A stretch of 64,000 bases of DNA from Eledone cirrhosa (Eukaryota). Position 1 is the stretch's first letter, and each line of letters opens with the position of its first letter. The notes below the pieces were generated by a model. That model was not told the origin of the DNA, made no database searches, and saw nothing but the letters and a program-made list of their open reading frames with translations. The DNA is taken from NCBI GenBank assembly GCA_964016885.1, contig OZ024752.1, positions 3,348,001 through 3,412,000 on the forward strand, written 5' to 3'. Made by a program: the position numbers and the translations under genes. Shown in pieces: positions 50,761-64,000 of this stretch.

Positions 50761-51949
50761 TGCTGCTACTAGTATTAGTTGTAGTAGTATCATTATTTTT
50801 GTTATTATTATCATCATCATTATTATATGATTTATGATTTTACAAAACACAATTTTGAACCGTTGCCGAAAATGATATGGAGGTTGACGAAAGATATATA
50901 AGAAGACTCTCTGCTGAAGTACAAAGTTCAGAAATGTTGCTAAATCACACAGCATTATTCACACATAAACGTAACCTATAAGATAATTTGCTCAATTACT
51001 AGCCATTAAACATTCTAATGTCTGGAAAATATTTTTCTGTAGGTATGCACATGTGTATTTGTCTGTGTCTTGGTGTATATTTGTCTATGTTTAGTGGTGA
51101 CATGTAGTGATCGATGCATACTCAAAATAATTTGGTGGGAAAAGGACAGAAATAAATATCATTCTTGCAAACCCTAGATGAGTGAAAATATAACCCCTTT
51201 TAATTATAAAAAGAAATGGTGGACATTATGACAATTTATCGGCAAGAGACTGGCTGACATTCTCAAGTATTTTTTTTAACACCAAGAACGATGCCAAGAG
51301 AATGAAGACAATCAATAGTCTCCATAACTATCTAAGCACTGTGCCAAGTTAGTTTCTCGCTGTTTACATGTAAGGTAGGAAAAGATGGAACAGCTAAGAA
51401 TGAAGTTGCAGACCATTCATATACATATATGCGTAAAACAGACGCACACACACTGACACACAGACGTTCTCTCATACAAACGAATATGAACACATGCACA
51501 TAGACACACAATTATATTCTTATATACAAGATCATGGACACAGTTGTAGGGTACAATTGCTTACACATATACACACATATAGGATTGACATACGCACACA
51601 CATGTGTGCATGGATATTAAAGTATTAACGTAGAACCATTCACAGGAGAAAAAAAGACATATATACAAAGATATAAGCGAACAAAAAAAAAAATACAAAA
51701 ATAGACTTACCAATATATCAATACCTATACGCACATCTATAAATTCACAGCCACATATATAGAACTAGATAGTCAATTACCCAAAGATATAGCTCTCCTC
51801 ACAAGTTACACAATGATAAATATGACGTTATGACGTACACAAATACATGTGCACACTTATATAGAGAAATATAGACATGAACATGTGTGCTAACAGAGAA
51901 TCTCAGGAAATATATCTATTTTTCTGTAACTTTCTCTGTCTGTATTTAC

Positions 51950-52006
51950 ACACAGACAGACACACACACTCACACACATGCACGCACACACACATAAACA
52001 TTATAT

Positions 52007-52082
<76 letters not shown>

Positions 52083-52210
52083 CATATATATACATATATA
52101 TATATACATATATATATATACATATATATATATACATATATATGTAATATATAATATATATATATAATATATATGTGTAATATATAATATATATATATAA
52201 TATATATGTA

Positions 52211-52244
<34 letters not shown>

Positions 52245-52281
52245 CATACATACACACACAACACACACACACACACACACA

Positions 52282-52327
<46 letters not shown>

Positions 52328-52380
52328 ATATGTATATATATATATATATAGAGAGAGATAGATAGAGATATAGATATATA
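51950..52380. repeat. (CA)n/(TA)n/(GA)n compound microsatellite
   Basis: Seen directly. Confidence 0.9.
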
Positions 52381-53026
52381 TCGCAACATCTAAATTCTTC
52401 TGAAATGGCTCCAGAAAACTATTTACTCTATCTCATATTAAAAATAAAAGGTTACTTCTGCAACATTCACAAAACTATGGCTGACAGGAATTAAATGCCA
52501 TTACAAGATAGGAGACTTTCTAAGTGTGTTGTGTTTTTAATTCTTTCTTTGATTTATTTTACCATGTTTTTAGATAGCTTTTTCTTATTGTTTTTTCTCC
52601 TAATGTGACACAAATCTAATACAAAAGTTATAATTAGTAAGTTTGAGACTATTTTCAGGGGAATTCCTCACATGTTTGTTGTGTTATTGTCAATGTTGCG
52701 ATCTCTTTTGAATTCGATGTTGCTATAGTCGTTGTTTTAGTTAGTGTTGTTAATGGTGATGTATTTATTGGGTGTGGTGGTTATGGGCTACAACCATATC
52801 AGCCCTTGTTGAACAGACACGTGTCCAAGTATATTTGAGGCGCGTCCATCGTATCTAACTATAGATACAAAAGACACCATTGTCGGATGCGTCCCTAATA
52901 TGTACAATCTGTAAGATATATGTATTGTGTTCTCTAATGATTTTAATAAATCTAGGAACAACTTTTTCTCATTAATAATATTGTTGTCTCCGTTGATAAT
53001 ATGGTGGGAAAATATTTTAACGCTAT

Positions 53027-53075
<49 letters not shown>

Positions 53076-53076
<1 letters not shown>

Positions 53077-53300
53077 CAACAGATGTCTCGATGAATGGAC
53101 CTGTTATTTTTATCTAAAGTCTTTTTTTCCAATTCCAACCCGCCCGTCCCCTCAATCTATCTTATTTGTCATTCTTTCTTCTGATGAAGAACTAGCGTCC
53201 GAAACGTTAACGCCCTCTTCCTGCTATATCACGCGTTAACCTAATTTATCCCTTCCATATACTGTACCGATTGTGTTGTTATTTCTGTTTACCTTTGACA
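53076..53300 (+). mobile_element. PLE-like 3' fragment, family A, hammerhead motif 53177-53210
   Basis: CTGATGA-agaac-tagc-gtcc-GAAACGTTA; homologous to 2416-2620; in (TA)n. Confidence 0.75.
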
Positions 53301-55559
53301 GATATATATATATACTCATACAATTATACATAAATGCATACAAAATTATACATACGGTCATGTAGTAGATATGTATTTTATCTATCTATCATCCATGTAT
53401 TTATAATGTATGAAAATATTTCAAGATGGTAAACTTTTAACAAATATGCCCCCAAAATAAAACCTGTATACGGATATTCCCTCGTACACATGTGAACTTG
53501 TGTATAGATATGTATAATTCTAACATTTTATACATAACGTGTTTCAATGGCTATAAATATCTATATGGAGACTTGTATATTTGCCGTAATAAGTTTGAAA
53601 CGTATACAAATCAATAAAATGATTTAATGTTTCTATTCAGGCAAACATCGAGTAGAACACATCACCCTGACCTTTTGTATTCATCTACTGTTTATATCTA
53701 GCAAGAAGGTAGGATGAAGCCACAGCATCGACTTTCTGCCGGGAAAGACAATCGGAACAACACCAAAATACGAATACATTTCTTAAATGTAATGGTGGCA
53801 ATAACTGAGAAGGGAGTCAAATGTTTTGTTTGTGCAGTAACATTTCTGAAAATCTATCAGCTAATATCTGTCTTACTGGTATATTCCAGATCCTACAAAA
53901 TGAATCATTAAAGAAGGTTTATTATTATCTCAAACAGTGTAATTTTATTTAAGTACACGTTTTATGGGGTCAAATTATTCAATACTATTCTTACACTACT
54001 ATATGATTTATATTATACAAAGGATGATCATCAAAATGTATAGCCGTTATTTTCCATTTTCTTTTCTCTCCCTATATATGTTAAATTGTGTGGGTGTACG
54101 GATTCATTTAAACTCGAGTCAAGCAATGTAAGTAAATTTAAATAAAAAAGAAACTGCATGGAAAAACGTCGGATGTATCAATGACCACACACTGGCCCAT
54201 GCTCATTCTGCCGGGTTATTTTGTATTATCGACCCATTACACATATATAATGTAGGTGTGTAATGTCTTTATTAAAATAATTGCAAATATATCTCTGTTC
54301 GTTCTTCTTCGCTCCCGCTTTATATCTTTATTAATTTATAATTGATATCTCTTTATAAGCTTTTAGGTTTGTTTCATCCCTCTGATTATATATTAGTCGT
54401 CTTTTTTTCTAGATTCATTTGCATATATGTGTCTGTGTTATTCTTCTTCTCCTTCCATGTCATCTTTTTAACCTTCCCTCGCTTTTACAAACTTGTTATC
54501 TACCACTAGCTGTATTTTGTTTTCTACCCAGAAATATATGCATCCATCTATTGGTCCGAATCATTTCTCGACTATAGCATACCAATTATCTCCTTCCAGC
54601 TGGGTACTTATAACACGGGAGATGTTTTGGAGCATTTATCATTAAAACTGCTACACATACCATTTAGGGTTTGACCTGTACTATCATACCTTGACCTGTA
54701 CTATCATACCTTCACAAATATCATGCTATTGTTCTTCAGTGCCATTTCTTTCCATTCATGACAATTATCACAAACACAATTCCTCTCGTGTATCCCATGT
54801 CTCAGTTCGTCAATATGTCTCTTCAAAGAAGCAAGTTTGACAGATGACCTTCAGTTTAAATATGATAAGCAACCAATTCAAAATGTATAGCAACATCTAT
54901 ATGTATGATTGTGTGTGTTCAAAATATCATGTGTAAATGTTTCTATTTTTTATATATTTACTAATTGTTTAGATGAGATATTCTTTAATATATATTTTCA
55001 CGTCCCTCTAGTTGCTGTTGCTGTTTTCTTTTTCAATGCATTAAAACATCAAATTACTTTCAAGCTGCAAATAGCTTTAATGACCATTGATATCTCCTGG
55101 CTTCAGACAGCAAGTCATTATACTAGAATATATATTGTACCGTGTGTGGTTGATGCTGTGTGCATTTTATATTCATATTGTAAGATCCTGACGAATGAAA
55201 GACAAAATAAAATCAATTAGGTTTGCGACCTGCACAAGGATATATGCCTAAACTAATTGTTTTGGTAATCTTAGATTTTGCTATTCCATCAAGTATTTCA
55301 CTCATAAGGACTTACAATAACTATGGATTGTTAGTAGAATCACATAACGAATGCTAGTAGGAAACAATATCAATGTGTCTAAATAAATGTCTGATAAGCG
55401 TGGTCCAATATTGTTATTCTTATGATTGGTTACATTCACAATACACGTACAATGGTCCGAAACAATAATTTATTAATGATTTTGTGAGGAGGAAAGAAGG
55501 CGCACTTAATCATTCTAGTTTTGCAAACGATCCTGAGATTCATAGAGATCAGTTTGAAT

Positions 55560-55870
55560 AGCTGTCGATATATGCAGGAATTCTGAAAGGAATTAGAGAC
55601 GCATTAAAAGTAATTTTAGTGTGGAGCTCAAGATAAAATAGAATGTGCCAGGAGTGGGAGGTAACGTGTATAGAATTATTGTTTTAGTAGCGATAGATAG
55701 CAAAAGGTGGAGTAGCAGGTAATTCAGTTTCGCCATAAACCAAAATTTGCTGTAGGAATGTGATTGAGTAGCACCAATCATTCCGATCACCTTCTTGTGT
55801 ATGCGATTGAGGTTAATAGTATGCTAACTCCTTCGTCCAGTGTTAGGGATGATATGTTTGAACAATTACG
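55560..55870 (-). mobile_element. possible highly decayed LINE 3' coding relic
   Basis: LNRIHKKVIGMIG and IYRY*N recall the LDRIQRRAIRLIG...LFYRYY pattern of LINE ORF2 C-termini. Confidence 0.3.
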
Positions 55871-56599
55871 AGGGAGATCATATGTTGAAAGCCATATTAT
55901 TTGTAACTACCCTGATTGTTGTAACTGCATATAGGTCATCAATGGAAAAATCGAATTTAATCATTTGTCTCCATAATCTTATCTTTGTATTCTGCATGAG
56001 TAGCGATTGTCTTTTTACTAAGAAAAATCAACATGCAAAAATTACACGTCTTACCAAAATACTCACCCTCACGAAATGTTTCAAAAGCGTTTGAACTCCA
56101 GTTGTTTGTGCTGGTAAATGAATACTAATATTGTCATTCGGATGTTTTACAATAATTATCTTCAGTATACCGCATTCAATTATATGTTAATAAACCAAAT
56201 AATTAAACAAAATGCAATATACTGCTGAGAATTATGCGGCTGAAATATGTAAATTATTTCGCCAAATCTAAGCATTACATGCAAAATAGACACACACGGT
56301 TTGCATAATTGTGTCTTTCAAACATTACTGAGTCCCTGATAATGATGTGGAGACATAAAATTTAAAAAAAGAATAGAGATCCTCCGAGGGATTAAGTTGT
56401 AGTATTTGCACATGATTTATTATAGTACAGATCAATATAATGATAATGAGATTGAAAATTAGGGATAGTGAAAGGTGGGCGATGAAAAAGGGGAGAAAAT
56501 CAAGGTGAAGTATTGTATTCTTAAGATAAACTGTGATGTAGCAAATCAGTCTAGTTTTAGATAAATACTGTGTAATCACCAATGCACACTAACGTGATC

Positions 56600-56820
56600 C
56601 ATCATTGTTCACATCCCTCCCCCTCCTCCTCCTCATCATCATCATCATTATCGTTTTTGTCGTCGACAGCATCATCATCAGCATCAGCATCAGTATTATT
56701 TTCATCATCATTATCACCATCATCATTACCATAGTCTCCGTCGTCATTATCATTATCAGCAGCATCAATGTCGGCATCATCGTAATCTTCATCATCATAG
56801 TCACCATCATTGTCCACGTC
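56600..56820. repeat. degenerate (CAT)n microsatellite
   Basis: Seen directly; explains the poly-D/M/I ORFs. Confidence 0.9.
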
Positions 56821-56997
56821 AAGTATCAGTAATTTTATAATCTGTCTCCTTTAGTGTTACATAATGATGTATGGATAACAAAAGTCAGTAAATCTCATAG
56901 CATTAACTAGCAGAAGTATACTTTTTCACAAAATTCATTAATAATGCAAAGTAGAGTGTTAGAATCAGAATAGCGCTGGTCTTAATATCAGTTTCTC

Positions 56998-57238
56998 ATT
57001 TGAGGCAGCAGCTGCAGGCTGGAAGTGGCCCTGCGGCATGCCCCGCACCTGATGGCTGGATATCATCACGAAACATCTCCAGATGTTCGACATCACCTTG
57101 GAAAAGACAGAGGTGTTGGCACGAGACCGCCAGTGATAGAGGGCGCTGGTAGACCCGGTGGATTATAGGCACGATGTTGCTTTGGGATCGTTGGCTTAGG
57201 ATGACCGCGTTCTCGTTGAGCATGGCGAATAAAAAAAG
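56998..57238 (+). mobile_element. degenerate RTE-clade LINE 3' end
   Basis: GWKWPCGMPRT*WLDIITKHLQMFDITLEKTEVLARDRQ**RALV fits the GxRPRGRPRxxW...A.DR..WR pattern. Confidence 0.7.
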
Positions 57239-58664
57239 GAGATTTAGATTTCTAACTTTGATTAGAATTCCCGAAAAATCCGATAACGTAACTTCTTTGC
57301 ATTGAGTGATATGAAATTCATGTAAACATCGATATTTTACTCTTGATTTCAGTGTAGCATGTAATTCTAGGATTTTGTTATTTTTGTCGTCCTTATTATT
57401 AATTAAATACGTCTATGACAACAGTGTTCTAATTGTGCCCACATTTTTATTAATGCTTTTTAAACTGATAATAAGCATATTAAAACAAGCATTCAAGCGA
57501 CCATATACAGACACATGTTTTCCTCTATAAACTTTTAGTTAGTTCTGGACAAGCCGATTCTAGCAAACATGTCCTTAACAAAAATAAGAAAGAATGGTTT
57601 GTCGCTGGGTGCTAATCACGTCTCTCTCTTCCGAATTTGGCCGACCTATATTTTTCCAAGACGATCTAAATACCTCACTGTATTTCATGGTTCATATCAT
57701 TACGTACTTTTTTCTGATTTCCATTTCGTGTGGACACGAGTTATGCACTGTTAATACCTTAGGGATATTTACTCAATTATGACCTTTCCCTACAAACATT
57801 GGCTTTGCAACTTGTGATAAGAAATCGGGATTATGGCATAAGTTTATAGTTAATATTTTGGCCTCGACTACTGATCAAATTTTCTTACGTTTAATCATTA
57901 ATACGCACGAAATTTTATTTTGCCTGTGAACATAACACTGAAATGTATCACATCATATTTTACTTGTGCAGCAAACAATAGAATCTATTTTAAACATCAC
58001 CGTCCAATAGTACTAAGAAAGAAATCCCGCTACCAAGAACAAACAAAAATGAAAACAATTCTTCCTTCAAACAATATAACAATATAAAATGTCACGCGCC
58101 ACTTCTTTGTTATTTTTAGTCTCGGCTTAAGAAGAAGAAAAATTGTTTACGTGCCAAAACTATTTGAACAAATAGAGGGTATTTTGGGGAAGCCGAATAT
58201 AAGAATGATATTAATTTGCTCTGTTCGCTCTAGTTCTTGCGATGCTGGACACCTACCAAATAATTATTTTACGCCAATAAGACCTAGAGTTCCCGGCAGA
58301 TTCAGACGATTTGCGTGTATGGGCTCATTGTATAGACTTCATTTTATCCAACCTAGTTTTTAATATAATTTTATCTTCCCTCCAGAATGACACGTGTTTC
58401 TGGCGTCGAATTCTATAAAAGCATTTTAAGTTAAAGAAAATCAACTTTCAGGAACGTTATAGATGATATGATAAAGTCTATCTCGCTTTTTCTGGGGAGA
58501 TCGTGGTAACTGAGAAACATTTTGCTTCCTTCTAATATTTATCAATATAAAAATAATAAAAAAATCCTGTTTCTCATTGTAAGGCATTGGAGTCGGGCAA
58601 AATCCCAAGAAATAAGAAAAGTAAGATATTCCGATAGCTGAGTTGATCCGAGGCATTAGGAAAA

Positions 58665-58759
<95 letters not shown>

Positions 58760-59178
58760 GATGCATGCCAGTTTCGAACATTAATACCCCTTGCCCTTTT
58801 TCTCATAAATGCCTGGCGAAAGACATGACCTTTAAGCTCTGTCAAGGACTTTGCTTCCTTATGTGGTAGCGAAAGAAACAAGAATTAAAATGCCATGCTC
58901 AAGAACATACATATGAGAAGTTTAGAAGCTTCATTAAATTGCATTTACTAATAGCAAAACATATACAAGAAATTAGTCATTTATCCTCTGGGATTCTTAT
59001 TCACAAGTTTATGTAGGTCGTACCGAAATGTTACCGTTACCTCAAAGTTCCCATAATAGTTTCGGCCGTTTTTAAAGCTGTACATACATAGTGAGTACAA
59101 ACGTCGGTGAGTTTCGAAACGATGAGTGGAATTAGAAACTTAGAAGATTCAACATATTATTTTGACTGCAGGAAAATA

Positions 59179-59211
<33 letters not shown>

Positions 59212-59216
<5 letters not shown>

Positions 59217-59495
59217 CCACTGTGGGTCAATATATACATATGTTTCTATATGACTCTTGTGTTGAAAAGGAGGTCAAGTATGTAAAAAATCACTAAATAG
59301 TTGCTCCGAAGAAACCAAACCTCGGTTTGGAGGAAACAATTGTAAGCAAATAAATGATTTAAACTGAACTTTGATTCATGTAATTTCTATATAACTGCTC
59401 TGTAAAACAACTGATGTTGTTACATTGAGCTATTTATCTTACTGGTAATAAGATAGTAATGAATTACTGTTTTTCACTATTTAGGGTTTAAAATA
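59212..59495 (+). mobile_element. PLE-like 3' fragment, family L
   Basis: Bounded by (TA)n; carries the hammerhead 59301-59349 and a tacattgagct tail motif. Confidence 0.65.
59301..59349 (+). ncRNA. minimal type I hammerhead ribozyme (U4C variant)
   Basis: TTGCT-CcGAAGA-aa-CCAAACC-tc-GGTTTGG-ag-GAAAC-AATT-GTA^AGCAA. Confidence 0.7.
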
Positions 59496-59548
59496 TATAT
59501 AACTATAAAAGGTTTTATTATATACATAACCATAAATAGTATCCTTAA

Positions 59549-59600
<52 letters not shown>

Positions 59601-59602
<2 letters not shown>

Positions 59603-59810
59603 CGAAGGGATTGTGGTAAGGAACCAGATGGACCATAACGCAGCAAAGTACTCAATACTTAGGGTAGTAGAGTGGGTAATAGGAACGAGTAGGACCCCGA
59701 CGGCTGAGCTTAAGCCGTTTCGACGGCTAATTCTGCACTAAACATTTTTTTAGTCCAGAATTAGCCGTCGAAACGGCTTGAGCTCAGCCGTCGGGGTCCT
59801 ACTCGTTCCG
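59601..59810. mobile_element. PLE-like fold-back element, family G; 61-bp-arm GC-rich hairpin 59682-59809
   Basis: Arms 59682-59742 / 59749-59809 with 2 mismatches; each contains CGAAAC; flanked by (TA)n. Confidence 0.7.
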
Positions 59811-59827
59811 ATATATATATATATATA

Positions 59828-60008
59828 TTGGTAAATGTGTGAGATCCTTGGTACAGTTAGCTATATTTATAAAAAGGAAAAGAATACTTCACTTGTAGTG
59901 TTAAATAATTTGATTTAATTTTCTACCAACTCATAATATTATAATATTAGAAAATTATATCAAATTATTTAACACTACAAGTGAAGTCATTATTTTCCTT
60001 TTTTTTAA
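59828..60008. mobile_element. short fold-back insert in (TA)n, family K
   Basis: IR acttcacttgtagtgttaaataatttgat / atcaaattatttaacactacaagtgaagt; no hammerhead core seen. Confidence 0.5.
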
Positions 60009-61073
60009 TATATATATATAACAAAATTTTTCCACATGCAAAAATTGAAATGAATTCAACCAGACTGTCTACGGGCCTTATAGTGTTAATTTAACAGTAA
60101 CATAAGAACAAAGAAATTATAAAATATATTCAACATTCCCGACAATAGATTTTAGGCAGGAGAGAAAGAAAGAAGAATTGAATTCGTAAAAGAAAACGCA
60201 AACATATATGCACAACTATACGTTCGTAAAGTAATGTATCACTGGTCGGACAACTGTTACAAGGACAGATAGCTCTTCTGATTAATGATAAGGAAAGACG
60301 CAAATGTTTATCTAATAACATACTTGATCCACATTAAGTTTTAAATCACACCTTTATCCAACTGAAAGCAATTTTTCATAGCAACAGTAAGTGCGTCAAC
60401 ATAGACATAGATTATATTGTACTATAAATAGTATATAAAGTAATTAAACCATGAACAAATCAAGGAATTCATTACAACCACTAAAACCATAGAGAACGAC
60501 TCAAGACCCCCCAAAAAATTGATCATATGAATGCATTATTTATAGCCATGTATGTATGTATGTATGTATGTATGTATGTATGTATGTATGTATGTATGTA
60601 TGTATGCAATAGTACACACACACACGTATATATATATATACATATAAATACATGTACACAACAGTTGCACATACACACACACACACACAAACACATACGC
60701 ACACACACACATATGTGTGCATATATTTGTTACTTGCTTATAACACAGCAGACAATAAACATTAAATTCAGGAATTATTCCAGCCATTTTCCTTCTGGAA
60801 CTCATTACCAAAGATTAAAACCGATTTTAGATAAATTCGTGAAGTAAGCTTAAAGCATACTTTAGCAATTTGCACGGGATTTGTTCTCACACCATGTAAT
60901 CCAGATCTAGCATTTCGTATTCAAGTCATTTGTAGATTGAATTCTGCATGCAAAAACCAAAACCGCGCAATATCAAAACCAACAAGGGTGTGTATACTTG
61001 TATATGTATATATGTATGTGTGTTTGTGCATATGAATACAGTCACACACAAACAAACACTTACACACACACAC

Positions 61074-61112
<39 letters not shown>

Positions 61113-61151
61113 TATATATATATATACATATATACTCGCACACAGACATAA

Positions 61152-61214
<63 letters not shown>

Positions 61215-62077
61215 CACATACACTTATATATAGATATATAAATACATTCATATGTGCATATATAATATTTACGTAGAATACATACACACATACACACACA
61301 TGCATATAAACACCAATGTACACACATGCATACATACGTTCACAGATAGAGAACTATACTGTATGTAGTTAACTTAAGTAAGCTAGTATATTCACTGACT
61401 GTAATTGTTTAGCATGTAGTAAGATTCATTCGGTGTACGAGAAAATGATGGTCAAGTTAAGAACGAATAATAGTGTTATTGACACAGATTACATTAGAAA
61501 CAGCAACTCTTACAGAAAAATCTGAATAAAATTGAAATGTTAAGCCAAGTTTAGTGATGCTAAATTGGGTGTGATAATGAACTTATTAAATTACAGGGTT
61601 TACTCTATCTACTATTGATCTCCGGTTTTACCGATGATGTTTCTCTGACTCAACTGCTTTGTCTTTTCTCTTTTCCTTTCTTCTCAGTTTCACTTTCATT
61701 TTCACTCCTCGTATCAGACACTATTTCGTTGTTTGTGTTGATCTGTCTTTAGTTAGTTTCACATTTTGCATTGATCTTAAGATTATATGGTATACTGACT
61801 TTACAGGAAAACATTAGATACAGTCTGATATGATGTATTCATGTCTAGACATTATAACATGAAATAAGATTTACATAGATACAAAAGGTGTTATTTGAAA
61901 TATCTAAGAACGTAATAGAAATAATGATAATAATGACAATAATAATAAGAAAAAGAAGATGATAAAGAAAAAAAACAAATGTTGCTCATCATTAAATTTA
62001 ACTGCATTATTGATGTGCTTATCTATGTAGATAACCATTTACACACTCTCAGGTGATATATATATATATATATATAT

Positions 62078-62259
62078 AGTTATAGTGGTAGAACACTGGA
62101 AGGTAATATCCGTAGCGGTAGAGCACTCTGCCCATGGGACGTGTTAGGTAGAAGTGGTTTTCACAACAATTGTTTCACCTTAGCGGATCCTCAGCTCTGA
62201 GGATGCGCTAAGGTGAAATAATTGTTCTCGGGATGGTGAACTAACTGTTGTGTAACCAC

Positions 62260-62263
<4 letters not shown>
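62078..62263. mobile_element. PLE-like fold-back element, family J; divergent hammerheads at 62165-62226
   Basis: aacaattGTTTCaccttagcggaTCCTCAG-ct-CTGAGGAtgcgctaaggtGAAATaattgtt; flanked by (TA)n. Confidence 0.7.
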
Positions 62264-62322
<59 letters not shown>

Positions 62323-64000
62323 GGAGAGAGGGATTGAAAGTGAATCTGATCGATGAGTCAAGCATCAGTCTATTATTCTCCTGTGCTCTCGGTAGTTCCT
62401 TTGCTTTATAGGTTTCTCCATAGTCATATAACATTATGTTTCCCCTTCCTCTCGTTGATGTCCCCATGTATCTTATTCATTCATATGCACGTGGCTAGAC
62501 TCTCGGAATCTTGCTTTCCCAGGTATACGTTTGTCTCTTAGCAAGGATGATTTTTTTCTAACGTCTTCGTGTCTGGAAAAATAATCCTCCTATATATTCA
62601 AGATATTCTTCACGTGATTTTGGTTTTTACTGATTAATCGTTTCGACACCAAGCATCATTCTTTACCGAATATATTACTGTTACACATAGGATGTTTAAC
62701 TGTAAATATGATTTCTGCTGATACTGGTCGATTTCAAGAAGTCATTCTAATTCAGCAAGAACCTACCATAAAAGAGACTGCAGCTATGTCTCGATAACCA
62801 TCATTAAAATCTAAATACCTCAGTATAAAAGTGATCTTCCTGAGATCACTCTTAACTATATGAAATTATGAATATTTAGAAACCACTATTTTAAAGTATA
62901 TTTTCTTATTCTTCTGACATATAGTTAAAATACAGACGATGTTTATTGACGATATCACTGGAGACCATGGGAAAATATGTGGTATGATATATTGGACAAA
63001 GTATACCTACGTGTATAAGGCTGCTATTACTATTCTGAAATAACATATAGGACATCAGTAGAAAGCATGAAGTAAGGAAATATCTCAACGTAAGCAATTC
63101 AGGCGGATAAAAAGGAACTAGAAAAACATTAAAAACACGCGCCAACGAATCGGACATTTAACTACCATCATAATGCGTAAATGTAATCGCAGGTTCACAG
63201 TACATCAACTGATTCTCATAAAACAAACCTGTTTAAAATGTACTGAGATACTATATACCTAACTATTGAGGAAAATTGCTTTGAAACATGTAATGAAACG
63301 AGCAAGCTTTGATTACATGTTTGGTTCTAATGCTTACGCAGGCCACGTAAAGGAAGACGAATAGAAATGATATGTTCTTAAAAGGAAAAACATTCAAGGA
63401 AGATTTTGAATATATTTCGTCCAACATCTGGAATGAAATTCAGAATGCGCAATAGTGATATTAAATGAAGGATTATATTTATACCAACAGATTTAAATAT
63501 TCTTGAAGATACTTGTGAATTCGTGTGAATTAAAATGATTTGGTGGTTGGTAACATTTTTAAAAGGATATTACACGTTCTAGAGGTAGAAATGGAGATAA
63601 TTAAAACGAAGAGAAGAAAATTCAGATATGGAGAAAATGTTAAAAAATAAGACGAAGGCAAAAATAATTCATAAATTGTAAATTGGGTTCGTAAATTAGA
63701 TATTTTTAACAATCGGAAATCAATTACAGTCAAAATATTATATACATTTTATGTTAGATAATATTGAAATTACAAAAAACTGTTTACGCAGTTTTACTTA
63801 ACGTGGTTATAATCCAGGTTCATATTTTCCATTATTTTATTTCAATCAAACGTTCGTCGTAGCTGTAAAATTCCATATTTCATGTACATCATGTAAATGG
63901 TCTATTAGGTATTTAAATTGGGTTTCATATATGGCAGCTATTTTCTGTGTGTTACTGCGAGTACTAGCAAACAAACATGCAGACATATACACACACAAAC

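Noticed and set aside
53641-53708. ttctattcag|...AAG|gtagg exon-like segment
   Set aside because: Short, no recognisable peptide; such splice-like strings are frequent in AT-rich DNA
54290-54840. Possible decayed RT relic on the minus strand, with a 20-bp tandem duplication at 54671-54710; similar hint at 62330-62560
   Set aside because: Motifs only vaguely recognisable across many stops and frameshifts; needs a profile search
63266-63295. TTGAGGA-AAA-ttgc-TTT-GAAAC-AT-GTA hammerhead-like string
   Set aside because: C3 mutated, only A-U pairs in stem II, no convincing stem I, no (TA)n boundary; could be chance

Overview
Very AT-rich, gene-poor animal genomic DNA. It is probably from an octopus or other coleoid cephalopod, inferred from SINE bodies and a LINE tail recalled from memory, not from a search. 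About a third of the window is (TA)n-type microsatellite, including a ~20.7 kb compound array (6051-26790). That array contains a 200-N gap flanked by a ~7.14 kb near-identical duplication, probably an assembly overlap. No host gene is confidently supported, and all long YI/IY ORFs are microsatellite artefacts. Identifiable coding sequence is transposon debris: CR1-type and RTE-type LINE RT fragments and a mariner fragment. Also present are a Helitron 3' end, a solo LTR, MITEs and tRNA-type SINEs. The main signal is about a dozen sequence-distinct families of short elements sitting inside (TA)n tracts. Most carry type I hammerhead ribozyme cores (CUGANGA-stem II-GAAAC-stem III-NUH) and form fold-back inverted repeats, consistent with Penelope-like retroelement (PLE) termini. 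The inversion points cluster at the ribozyme. One hammerhead has a ~115-nt stem II inside a perfect 200-bp-arm palindrome, and the 3' tails share a GAGT(A/G)C-like motif. All folds were paired by eye and none has been tested.
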